Shown piece after piece: positions 14,401-26,331 of a stretch of 64,000 nucleotides of DNA. Under the pieces are notes generated by a model. The model searched no databases. It was given only the letters and a program-made list of their open reading frames with translations, and was not told the DNA's origin. The stretch is from Balanoglossus misakiensis (Eukaryota; Animalia; Hemichordata), in NCBI GenBank assembly GCA_040954595.2, contig CM082590.2, positions 8,432,001-8,496,000 on the forward strand, in the 5' to 3' direction. Position 1 is the first letter of the stretch; each line of letters opens with the position of its first letter. A program made the translations under genes and the position numbers.

Positions 14401-16779
14401 TCGTAAAAAATTTATTGCTCGCAAAAATAAAGTGTTTTACAGTATTTTTATGTCATTGACAATGATGAGAGAATACATTGTGCACAAATAAAAGTGAAAA
14501 CAAATGTTCGGCCAAAACTCACCAGTGGAGGGCCTCCCAGAAAGATGGTCCCCTTTTTCCGGACAATAATACTTTCATCTGACATGGCTGGAACGTACGC
14601 GCCACCTGCTGTACAACTGCCCATTACCACTGCGATCTGATTGGATAAAAGACAAAATACTGGACAGTGATTGGTTGCCTGTTTCACATACTGTTTTCTA
14701 AGACAAAAACATTGTTGTTGTTTTTTAATTGAATCTGAAATCACCAACCTGTGGTATTCCCTGAGCGGAGAGAGTTGCCTGGTTGTAAAATATCCGTCCG
14801 AAATGTTCTCGATCTGGGAAGACTTTGTCCTGCCTCGGAAGATTCGCGCCACCGGAGTCCACTAGAAATTAATATTCATGGATGAACACGATTATATGGG
14901 ATAGAGACTACAACATGTTCAAAATTGTTCTCACACTCTCACTGAATCGAAAGCTGTATATGACGCGAGCACTGATTGGTTGAAAAAGCATTCATTTGCA
15001 AACGCGCGCTAAATGTTATCCAATGGCGCGATGTGTATTATAGGGACAGAGGCTACACGTGCCCAGACGACAGTTCCAGAGTCATTTATTCAATGTTTTT
15101 AACGACTTTGGCTAATTTGCTACCGTGTGAGAAATAGAATCTCACACACCAAGGACCTGGGATCATATTTCTCACATCGTCAGGGATATTCCCAAACTCG
15201 TGTGAGAAATATGATCCCAGGTCCTTGGGAGTGTGAGATTCTATTATTCACTAGCTGCTATACACAGGTTTGACTATACTTACCTAAATATATACAAGGG
15301 AGTCTGTTTTCTCTGGCGATTTCTTGAGCCCTGAGATGTTTCTTGACGGTGACTGGGTAATAGGTGCCACCTTTGACTGTGGCATCGTTGGCTACTATGA
15401 TACACTCCACGCTATGAGGAAGGAAAAATGACTCTTACATAGTAATTTGAGTAAAGCATGCATTTTGCATCTACTCAAATTCTGAAAGGGCATTATTGTA
15501 TGTATTTGAAAGTTTTAATTATCTCGAATCTGTCAGTCGAATCTGTCAGGTCAGGTAATATGACTGATAGACGATTCAACGATAGTTTTTTTTGTATGTG
15601 GCATCTTTACAATTCTTGCCTTTGCCACTGTACTCTCTGCCTTGATTGAGGGCGTTATGACAGTTGATTTCACTTACCCTGATACGCGACCAATCCCTGT
15701 GACAATTCCCCCAGCAGGCACCACTTCATTACCATACAGCTCATACCCAGCCAGTTGAGAAAACTCTAAGAATGGTGATCTGGGGAAATGGTGAATAAAA
15801 ACACATTATGTGGGGTGCTAACATACCAGTTTGGAAACCAATATCTTGGAAAGTTGATATGTAGCCCATGACAGATATTCTTAGGCTGCTCATGTGAAAT
15901 AGTGTGCTAGATAGCAAACAGTCATTCGAAGATTAAAACACATCCATTTTACTCTATATGGGGATATATAAATTAATGGTTTGCCTTTAACCCTTTTCTC
16001 CCTGTTTCCCTTTATACAGGTCCAACTTTACCATAGAAAAGTATTCATTTGGGCCAAACCATGGTAGTGGAAGGGTTGAAGCCACTGACTGTACCTGTAA
16101 GTATAACTTACCCAGGATCTAGTAGTGTTGTTATCCTATCTCTCACAAACAGTTTGCCTCGTGATGTGTGTGTTTTGATATACTTCTCTCCTCCGCCCTG
16201 GGTGATGCTGGCAACATTGGTTTTCAGATTATCCACAAGCGCTTTCATCTCTGCATAGTTTTCCTATCAGATGATAAAAAGATGGCTCATTAATTAATGA
16301 TGATATAATTTAAATATAAAGATTGATGTAATTGGATGAAAATGTGTGATCTGTATTAATATGGTCATTAACAGTAATTTCATCAGAGACATCAAACATT
16401 ATATTGCACATGTTGCCAATATCATAAAGTAATATTGGACACTGGAGAATGGCTAAGTGAAAGGGGGCGTGGCAGTTGTCTGATTTTGTTCTTAGCCTTT
16501 ACTAACAACTCAACTCGCGTGTAGGCTAAAACATCCCATACGATCGGCATGAAGGAGAGATCCCTTTGATCATATGTGTAATAGGTTACTAGGTTAAACG
16601 GACACTGGTATCTATCTGTATGTAATGTACATGGTCCATCATCTCACCTGGTATGCATCGGAATTGACATCGGGTTTACTTCCTATAGGCGTGACTCGAT
16701 CCATATAATAGTGTCTTTTATTGATGTAGTACAGTGGCCTCAGGCCAACTGTTCGAAGCCGACTGATTACACTTGTCAT
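11402..16779 (-). CDS. MCCC2: Methylcrotonoyl-CoA carboxylase beta subunit (mitochondrial)
   Basis: 15 exons: 16648-16779, 16112-16263, 15678-15779, 15284-15411, 14749-14861, 14523-14636, 14068-14132, 13626-13725, 13357-13525, 13122-13198, 12797-12863, 12317-12473, 11941-12055, 11664-11749, 11402-11519. Motifs [57 protein letters not shown]-terminal FGVFRM*. Arg-rich N-terminal presequence. Confidence 0.97.
14231..14443. mobile_element. TA-flanked MITE in MCCC2 intron (remnant relative ~21850-21950)
   Basis: TACTGTAAAACACTTTATTTT...AAAATAAAGTGTTTTACAGTA TIRs; internal TTTTCGCGA repeats. Confidence 0.75.
15133..15246. repeat. Near-perfect hairpin (MITE-derived) in MCCC2 intron
   Basis: AATAGAATCTCACAC-CCAAGGACCTGGGATCATATTTCTCAC and its inverse ending GTGTGAGATTCTATT. 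Confidence 0.75.
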
Positions 16780-17210
16780 CTTGTCTGCAATATGCGATAC
16801 CGGCGAAAACTACACTAAGTGGGTCATCGATTTCACTCGGCGGACGCCATTGCTATACCGGCATGCTTCAGTGCCCCGACACGCTCTGTCCCAAAATGTA
16901 ACCATTCGCTTGAAGCAAATAATCCTGTAAAGAAACGCTCCTGTTTACGATATGTTGATTAAAAGCGTGTATGTGGTGACGCTTATTATCATTTTATATG
17001 TTTTTAGTTACAATGGCAATGTTTTCTTCAACCATTTTGTGTTTTTACTGTACAAGCGACAGAATACAAACTTTTTTGCATAAATTATATAGACACCTAG
17101 CCGGACTATTTGTAAACATCTGAAAGGAATCACACGTTGTTATTTACAGACGACAAAAATCTTCACAACCTCCGTAGTCTGCTATAACTGCAAGTTCCAA
17201 CATCAACGTC
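16780..17210. promoter_or_regulatory. Bidirectional promoter region between MCCC2 and FAH
   Basis: Divergent ATGs at 16779 (-) and 17211 (+), only ~430 bp apart. Confidence 0.75.
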
Positions 17211-20200
17211 ATGTCTTTCCTACCCTGCAGTCCTGATTGCCTGTTTCCAATCCAGAACCTTCCATATGGTGTGTTTTCAACCGCCAACAACGTAAGTATT
17301 TACAGCGATGAAAGAGACACGTGTTTTTATTGGCTAGGGAACGGGGGTGTGACTGGGGGTTTGGTCGCTGGAAAGCAGACGGAAAAATTATGTCACTCGA
17401 TCATGGACGTCTCCTGGAAACATTTGCTTTTTTCAAACCCGCTTTTGCACATATACTTTGCATTTATCAACTGGCAAGACCTTTGCCTGTATATGTCGTC
17501 ACGATCGGTGATTTTATCCGATTTTGATCGTTGATAAACATGCATGAATTGCGAACACACCGCTGTCATTCATGTCTGTCTATTGACGTGTCCTGATCGG
17601 GTCACGCAAGGTCACACCGACTTCGCAAACTCAAGGTCCGATCGGCCGTCCATTCGGAGGGATGGTGCACTTTCATCGAGACTAGTAACCTTATCCAATC
17701 CGCGTGAAAGTGTGATGGAACATGTCAAATATTTTTGCGAAAGTGTACGCTTTCGTTGTCAATAACAAATGTACAGTATGACAAGAGTATCCGGTTTCAA
17801 AACCGGACACTCACCATACACTTAAATAAAATAGGTCTAATTTTGCCGGATACTAGTAGATCCGTTTTGACTTTCTACACACCTTTGATAAAATCTCTAC
17901 AAAGCCAATTGTTTTAGAAATAGATATGGTCAAACCAGGACCAGATAATGGTGTAGAAAATAGCTGGTAGCCAGTACAAATCACCAACTGGTACTGTGCT
18001 AAAACAAGGCTGTTTATGGAATTTGCATTGGGTCAAACAAATTATGTTTACATTGGCAGATATTTTGAGGCCATACCTAAATGTTACTACTAATTTTTTT
18101 TTAATTCTTGTCGATGGAGGACAATGTTTTCATTGGTTTATTTTTCCATAGATCTACAATTGTAAAAATTATATTCTTTTTTTTCAGCCACGACATCGCA
18201 TCGGTGTTGCCATTTGCGACCAAATTTTGGATTTGAGTGTGGTCAAGGATTTATTCACTGGTCCAATTTTGTCCAAGTGTAACCATGTTTTTGACGAGGT
18301 GAGTGCTTGTCCCTGTACATCAACTGGCTGCTATCTGATTCAAATGTCTTTATGATCTTGTATGGACCAATTGTAATTCAATATGATTTATTGGAGGGAA
18401 GATTGTGATTATGGACGCAAACAATAAATTTGGTCGTACAATATGTCCAAGATAATCAGTCCTTTAAAAAACTAGTCACTGACTGAAAGAAAAAACAAAA
18501 CAGATTTATAGAAACAAATACTTAGGAAAAACAGCAAGGTTTTTGCCTTTCTTGAATTACGCAAAGTAAAGATTTTCTCAGTTGACCTGCACTGACCAAT
18601 AGTTTTATGGCTTTAATTATCTTTACCCAATCACAGTCTCTGTTCAATAAGTTTATGGTTTGAATTATCTTTACCCAATCACAGCCTGTGTTAAATGGCT
18701 TCATGGCTTTGGGTCGACCTGCCTGGTCAGAGGCACGAGCTGCTCTTCAGAAGTTGCTGTCGGCTGGAGAGCCTACTCTAAGAGACAATGCTGACCTCAG
18801 AGCCAGGTAAGATTTCCCCTGTTTGCTCTGTCACCCCCATTTCCCTATGTAGAGGTCCAACTTCACCATAGAGAAGAGAGGGTTTGGACCAAATCTTCAG
18901 GTTGTCAAAGGGTTGTAGACCCATATTTGCTAACAGAAGTGTTACTAGGGTTGGTAAATCGTTTACCAATGTACCCCAAACTAACTGTAAAAAAACCAGC
19001 CAGTAATGATCAAAATTCTTTGTAGTACAAAATTTATTTTTGAGGGTAGCTTTAGCTCTTCTCAGATTATACAAAATTACATAACCAAATGATTCAAACA
19101 GCAAGAATTAAGCTTTCATTGTTAAAAAATATTTCAAAAATATATTTACAGGTACCACTACCCCTGTTGATGCCATCCTAGATGGAACACTGCAGATACC
19201 TGTATATTTGACATCCCTTTCATTTGTATTCTCTCTGTAATTCTTACAGGGCCTTTGTTGCGCAGAGTGAAGCTACCATGCACCTGCCTGCAAAGATCGG
19301 AGACTACACCGACTTCTATTCGTCCATCTACCATGCCACCAACGTTGGGATTATGTTCAGAGGCAAAGACAACGCCCTCATGCCAAACTGGTAAGTTGCT
19401 ATGGTAACAGATGCAGTATTCTCTGGATCTCACTACCTGATGACGTTCGTCTAGCTACCAGTCTAGACTCTTTTAAGGGGAAACTGAAGACTCACTTGTT
19501 TAATAAAACAGCCTACAGTGTGTGAACAACCATCGGGCGCCACTGAACAGTTCTAGGATATTGGTGCCATATAAATGTTTTTGATTGATTGATTGATTGA
19601 TATTCTGTAATAGTCCACAATGCAGTGCACAATAATGCAAATGATATCCCAGTATTACCGTGTTTGTTCGTTCATTCATTCACATAACAGGAAACATCTA
19701 CCAGTTGGCTACCATGGACGTGCGTCGTCTGTACTTGTATCGGGAACACCTGTCAGACGTCCGTGTGGACAAATGAAACCAGATGAGGGTAAGTTGTTTT
19801 GGTTGTACATACATCAGTATACACATGATGACTGATATATTCGGGCAACAGTGTATTTTTGATGACCTCGGGACTGCCAGTCACACCAAAACAGACTGTT
19901 TTCCCGATGGCATAGTCTGTTTTGGTGTGACTGGCAGTCCCGAGGTCATCAAAAATACACTCTTGCCCAAATATGTCAGTCATCATGTGTTTTATAACAC
20001 ACCAAACCGATCAAACTGATGCCCTAGGGAACAGTTAAAAATGACTAAATATTTATCATGATATTTGTTGTTGATTACAGCAAAACCACCAGTCTTTGGA
20101 CCCTGTAAACTTCTAGACTTTGAACTGGAAATGGTAAGGAACTATTTGTTGATAAATATGGTTTAATAATTAGAAGAGAGACAGCCTTAGCATCGTTTGA

Positions 20201-23200
20201 CCATCGTCTCGACTCTTAGGATGTACTTTTCTTGCTTTCCCAGTTAAAATGTAAGAATCATACTAGTATTCGTAACTTACAAACTTGTATTATCATTTTC
20301 AGGCTTTCTTTATTGGCCCTGGTAATAAGCTAGGAGATCGCATCCCAGTATCTCAGGCACATGAACATATATTTGGAATGGTGATCATGAACGACTGGAG
20401 TGGTGAGTCTAACTCTTCCACCCCCCTTTCTCTGTATAGAGGTCCAACTTTACTATAGAAACCAATGGGTTTGGACCAAACCATGGTGGTGAAAGGGTTG
20501 AACATATTACCTGTTGATCCCCTGATGACATTTGCTGTCCAGTGCTGTCCATAGTGACACATAGTACTATACCGCAACTTGCTTCAATATTAACTTTTCC
20601 TCGTTCTCTGCTCCACACAGCCCGCGACATCCAGAAGTGGGAATACGTACCCCTGGGTCCATTCCTCGGGAAAAGCTTCGGCACTTCCATCTCACCCTGG
20701 ATTGTGACCATGGACGCGCTGGCTCCATTCGCAGTCGCCAACCAAGTACAGGTGAGTGGAAGAATTCGTGGTGATCTGCATGAAACACTCCTCTTTGGCT
20801 GCAGCATAAATTAGTATCTTTGTTGCATATGTTTTTTCGTATGTGCACCTACACAGATTGTTTCCAGGTAACAGTTGTTGGAACTGTAACCTGGTCAGAA
20901 AATAGTTGAAAACATGTACTATACACATATTAACTGGCCATGCAGGCAACAGCATACGTCTGTAACCCAAGGGACTGTGAGAGACGTACCCCACAATACA
21001 GACTGTTTCCCGAGGCTGAAGGCCGAGTGAAGCAGTTTATTTGGGGGGTGGGGGTGGGGGTTTGGGGTGACTCGCAGTCCTGAGGGGCGACAGACGTATG
21101 CTGTTGCCCAAAAGGCCAGTCAATATGCATTTTGTAACACACCTGATCCACAGCTATGCATAAGAACTCACCATACACAAAGTGAGCGGGCATCATTTTT
21201 CGGAACTGATGCCTGGCGGGCAACAGTTCCGACAACTGATGACGTCGTTTTATATGGATCAGCACAAAACGAACGCATATAGCACATGACTATCATTTGG
21301 CAAATTAGACCACTGACTGTGGATGAGGTAGTGACTGTTACAATACAGATTGTTTGAAGCAGCACTTACAGTTACACTGCACTGTGCGATAACTGTTGTT
21401 TTTTTCTCATCATTATTTACTGTTTCTCATTCTTAGGACCCCGAACCTTTGCCATATCTGAAACATGATGATCCGTACAATTTCGACATCAATCTAGCAT
21501 GCGCCATAAAAGGTAAGACGGATTTACTTTGTTTCATTTTTGTGTTGTACGCGTGAATGAGTTTGTTAGTTTTTATAAACTGATCTTGTAAAGTCCCTGT
21601 AAAAGGACTTCAAGTCCTGGAATGTCTTGCTTGTCTAGTTTTGTGTTTTAACTCTTGTTTTGTTTTTCTGTACATATAGGTGAATCAATGGCTGCACCCA
21701 AAGTGGTGTCCAATTCAAACTTTAAGGTGAGTGTCATGGTTTTTTTCAGGGATAGAATACCTCTGTATAAATGCACAGAGGAATTCTGTCCCTGTTTTTG
21801 CCTGTATAGTATATGGATTCAACTGTGACAATTAATTTTTGCATTCACATATTTCACTGCATCGTTATCTCCGAAAAACATTTTACGCGACTTGTTATTT
21901 TTGCGTGTTTTGGGTCTCACCGAGTTCGTGAAATTGTCCCGTTTTACAATAAATACTGAGTGCATCATCTGTTGTTTTCAGCACATCTATTTATTTATTT
22001 ATTATTTTAATAAGGATTATAAATAGTAAGTACATCATCTTGTTTTTCCAGCACATCTATTGGACCATGAAGCAGCAGTTGGCTCACCACACTGTCAATG
22101 GATGCAACGTAGGACCTGGCGATTTGATGGCTTCGGGAACTATCAGTGGACCGGTAAGTCAAATCAGACCCTTTCACCCCTAATCGCCTGTACAGAGGTC
22201 CAACTTTAGCATAGAAAACAACGGATTTGGACCAAACCATGGTGGTAAAGGGTTAAAACTTGTGAATGAAACTTTTCAATATGGAGCAAATGTACATGCA
22301 ATGCACGGTTGGTGCTGCAGTGTTTTTTATTTTTTATTTTTTATTGACACTCAGGTAATATCATGGTCATGGAGTTTTTGTTTTTATTAAGTAATTCGCA
22401 TGCCGTGCAAATGGACAGGGTTTAACAAACTGTGGGTGCGCAGCTTAACCTAGAATATAGAATTCTACTGAAATGTCACCATTGATACAAGCATGGCAAC
22501 TATTATCTATCAGAGAAGTGGCTAACAATCATTAAAATTAACGTATCACCCAGAGTTGATTGGTCATAACTGGATGTGTCTACCAGAGACAAGATTGGTT
22601 AAATGTTTTTATTGTTGACGACACAAGACTGTTTCTCTAAACCTGTTTGTACTGCGATGTGTCGAAATGAATGATGTCAGGTACTTGAATTCATCTTTGG
22701 GCAATCAATGTGAAATGGATGGGGTTGTTACTGGTGAATGTTGCATGCTATGAATTAAACCTTTCACCCCCCGTTCCCTACTTAAGAGGTCCAACTTTGA
22801 TGATCGTGAAATACTGTTGGTAGACTTAAAGTGCAATGATGGCAAATTTCAAGTTGGACCTCAGAAACTCCTGGAAAATCGTAGAATGTGTAACGATTGT
22901 CAGCATATGATCTGGTCAGAAAAAATCACATGGTTTGCAGTTGTGTTCATCTCATAGACTTTTAACCCTTTCACCCCCTGTTCCCTCTTTCGAGGTCCAA
23001 CCTTACTATAAAAAAACAATGTGTTTGGACTGAACCATGGTGGTGAAAAGGGTTAAAGAATTATAAGACTGTAGACTGAACTTGTATTCTTTGGCTTTCA
23101 GACTGAGGACAGCTACGGGTCTATGCTGGAACTTTGCTGGAAGGGAACCAAACCTGTGGATATGGGCAACGGAGAGGTTAGAAAGTTTATTCAAGATGGT

Positions 23201-23890
23201 GATGAAGTCATCTTCTCAGGTGAGCTGTTATTGGTTTAGAGGTGTCACATGATTTGACTATGAACAGTAATTGGTCCTGTCAGGTGAGCTGTTATTGGTT
23301 TAGAGGTATCACATGATTTGACTATGAACAGTAATTGGTCCATCAGTATTGCGCGCTACTGTACTGCGAAGATAGGCTATAATTAGTGAAGAAAAAAGTT
23401 AAGTTCGGACAAGAGGCTGTTTTTGAGCACTGTAACAATGCAGACTGCAAAATTGTCTGACACGGTCCTCAGTAAATGTTGGAGAGTGAAAATACTCCAG
23501 AAGAAGAATGAAAAAAGAAACTACCCATACTGCAAATTGTAACTTTTGGTTAAGTGTGGTACCCAAGTAAATGTTACCGTGGTTCCCCTTAATATACCAG
23601 GGCCCACCTTAGCAAAATATATGGTAAACTTGGACCTCTAAAGAATTGTTATGCATATCTGTAACCGCGAATGCGTAACATACGAACCCACAGTGATATT
23701 AAAGTATAACGTACCGTAATAGGATTGTCACCAGTAAGTAAATACTAACAAATACATATCTATAATAATATTTTTTATTTTGTTTAATTTTATTTTTTGT
23801 TTTACGTTGCTAGGTTACTGCCAGGGGGATGGTTACCGTGTTGGTTTTGGTGACTGCACTGGGAAACTGCTTCCAGCGAATCAGTCGTAA
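17211..23890 (+). CDS. FAH: Fumarylacetoacetase
   Basis: 13 exons: 17211-17291, 18188-18298, 18685-18806, 19250-19390, 19691-19788, 20081-20133, 20303-20402, 20621-20751, 21437-21512, 21680-21726, 22052-22153, 23102-23219, 23814-23890. Motifs [98 protein letters not shown]. Confidence 0.97.
19421..19601 (+). mobile_element. 5'-truncated L2/CR1-type LINE 3' end in FAH intron
   Basis: Translates [27 protein letters not shown] (LWNSLP...FKxxLKTHLF, typical ORF2 C-terminus), followed by GCCATATAAAT and a (TTGA)n tail. Confidence 0.7.
19821..19990. repeat. ~170 bp foldback palindrome (MITE) in FAH intron
   Basis: ~78-bp arms ACACATGATGACTGA...CACACCAAAACAGACT with a nearly perfect inverse. Confidence 0.85.
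20933..21120. mobile_element. TIR element in FAH intron
   Basis: ACTGGCC..GGCAACAGCATACGTCTGT ... ACAGACGTATGCTGTTGCC..GGCCAGT. Confidence 0.65.
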
Positions 23891-26331
23891 ATTTATAATG
23901 AGGGACGGCAACATTTGCATCGATACTTTACTGCAGTAACCGTTTTTTGTTTTATCGTAAAAATACTTTTTCTGTATGTGCACAGTGCACAGGGACCCAA
24001 TATGGGTATTGTGTGTACATGATCGTGTTTGATCTGTCACAAAGACTTGCAAAGGTTGGTCTTAAAATTGAACTGCTAAGTATTAATTAGTAAGAGATAC
24101 TGAATCACCCACAGAGATTGTGACAGCGTGGATTTGAGACTTTAAACTTAACATAAGATCAGGGTATAAAACCAGAGTAATGTGACATCTATAATGTGCA
24201 AAGCACACTGCTGATCATCCTTATCTATGTAATCAGAAATTTTGTTTTGTTTTACTAGTTGTTTTTCTTTGTTTTGTTTTGTTGTTTTATTTTATTTGCT
24301 TTAAGTGACTTTCTGCCAGCTCGTGCGTCAACTGTAGTACGATCACCAGATATATTGTGTGTCTATGCAAATTGTGGATGTCAAAAATTCTTCAGAGCAA
24401 GTGTCGATAAAAAGTAAAAGTAAACTTTACCAACAAAGTCCCAGGATGTAAAGGATACATAGGGGTCATGAAAGTGGCCATCGTGATGTAGCCAATCATT
24501 GATTTTCACTTGGGTGGCCATTCAAAAATTGATGCCACGCAACGGTCTGAGATTTGCCGGATTAACCATATTGTATTATGGTCATATGCAATGAGAGATA
24601 AAAGTTGTATTCCTTTAGATTATTGAACCGATATCAGACTTGATCAAAGCATTCAATTGGGCATCAAACTGATAGCCAGTAGTATTTTTGCCATGGTTTC
24701 TTAACAGAGAGAATCATGTTGATTTTACTTTCCTGGAAAAAACGTGGAATGGAAGTGTCTGCTTGAAAAGAAAAGACAATAAAAAGTTCTTCTCTCTCCA
24801 TCGAAGTCTGGTGATGCTTTCAAATACTGGTACTGCATTTGTTAGGGTTAGGGATTTCATTGTATCTGGGAACAACTGAAATCCCCATACTAAAAGCATC
24901 CTTCAAAACAAAATGTAATTTTCAAGTGGTGGGCTAAATGCAATTGACTCAAACAAACACAGGAGATATATAAGTATTCAGAACCCTTTATTACAACATA
25001 AGCTCAGCATTATTGACTTGCAGTGGGCTACAAACACAAGTATTGTGAATTAAAAATCATAACTGATGAAAGTTCAATACATATAATATATTACATTATA
25101 TTCAAAGGGCAATGAAATAATATCTGACTTCTGGAGACGTCATTCATTGGTCAGGTCATTATAAGGTCAGGTCATAAGGTCAGGTCAGGTCAAATAGCAA
25201 AGATCTCTGATATCACACCTTTGCAACGCATAAATTGATACCCTAACTCTACAGCACACAGTAAAATCTGATCTACATATGGAGTATCCCAGTCAGTGGT
25301 TATCCCACAAAAGCACACACAAGAACAGCTTTGTGAAATGTGAATTTTACCATCAGTGAAACCACTACATCTAGGAAAGCTATACAATAATAGATCAAAA
25401 GATTATATACACATTTCAATGCTGAATAAATTTTGTAAATGTCAGTTTTGAACTGAAAACAGCAGCATCAAATTCATTTACTTCAGAGGGCGTTTTACTT
25501 TTGGCATTCTCTACAAATAAAACAGTGAGTCGTCCCGAACCCCAATCAAGTAAACTTTGGTACAACCCACTACAAAACTACTAACATCTACAGATTGCAG
25601 AAAATGCTTCTATAGTTTAATTTCGTCTTGAGCTTTTAAGTGTTTGTACAGGTGAGTTTTTGCAGTATTATAATTTGTTTTTGAAAAAGCTTGGCTTAAA
25701 GAATAGACAGGTCACACAATAATTTGTACCAAGGCTGGTTGATTGATATAACATTGGACAAAATCAAATTTCAAACAGAGAAAAACGATTGACATCATGT
25801 AAATGATAAAGACAGAAACGCAACTCGCCATTCCTTCGGTTAAATATCCAACAACATTCTACAACATTCTCAAGACTGTCCACACCAAGTTTCAAAAGTT
25901 TAACTTGCTTGCACAAATCAATACAGACAAGTGAACACATATCCAAAACATTTTGGTAAAAATTTACAAATGTGAAATTGAACCATGTGTCCTAGCTGAT
26001 AAGAAAAATCTACCTATCTTCCAGTTTTCAGCGTTTATTAGTCTAGAAATCTCATCGAAATACCAGTCATTTATCAACATTTCAGAACCTTGTGTGTGCT
26101 GTCTATGTTATGGACATCTGCAATACAGTAAAACCTGTCTAAACCGGACACTAAAGAATGTCTGGTTTACAAAGGTTCTTTAAACATAGCATCCTATGTG
26201 TGAAGTTCTTCACTAAAGATAGTTATCCAGAGTAGACAGGAAATGTTGTTTCACAGGACATCACACTAATGCTGTCATTGTGCGTTGTTACGGTAACCGA
26301 TGTTCCAGTGACTGTTGCTATGAGACTGTCC

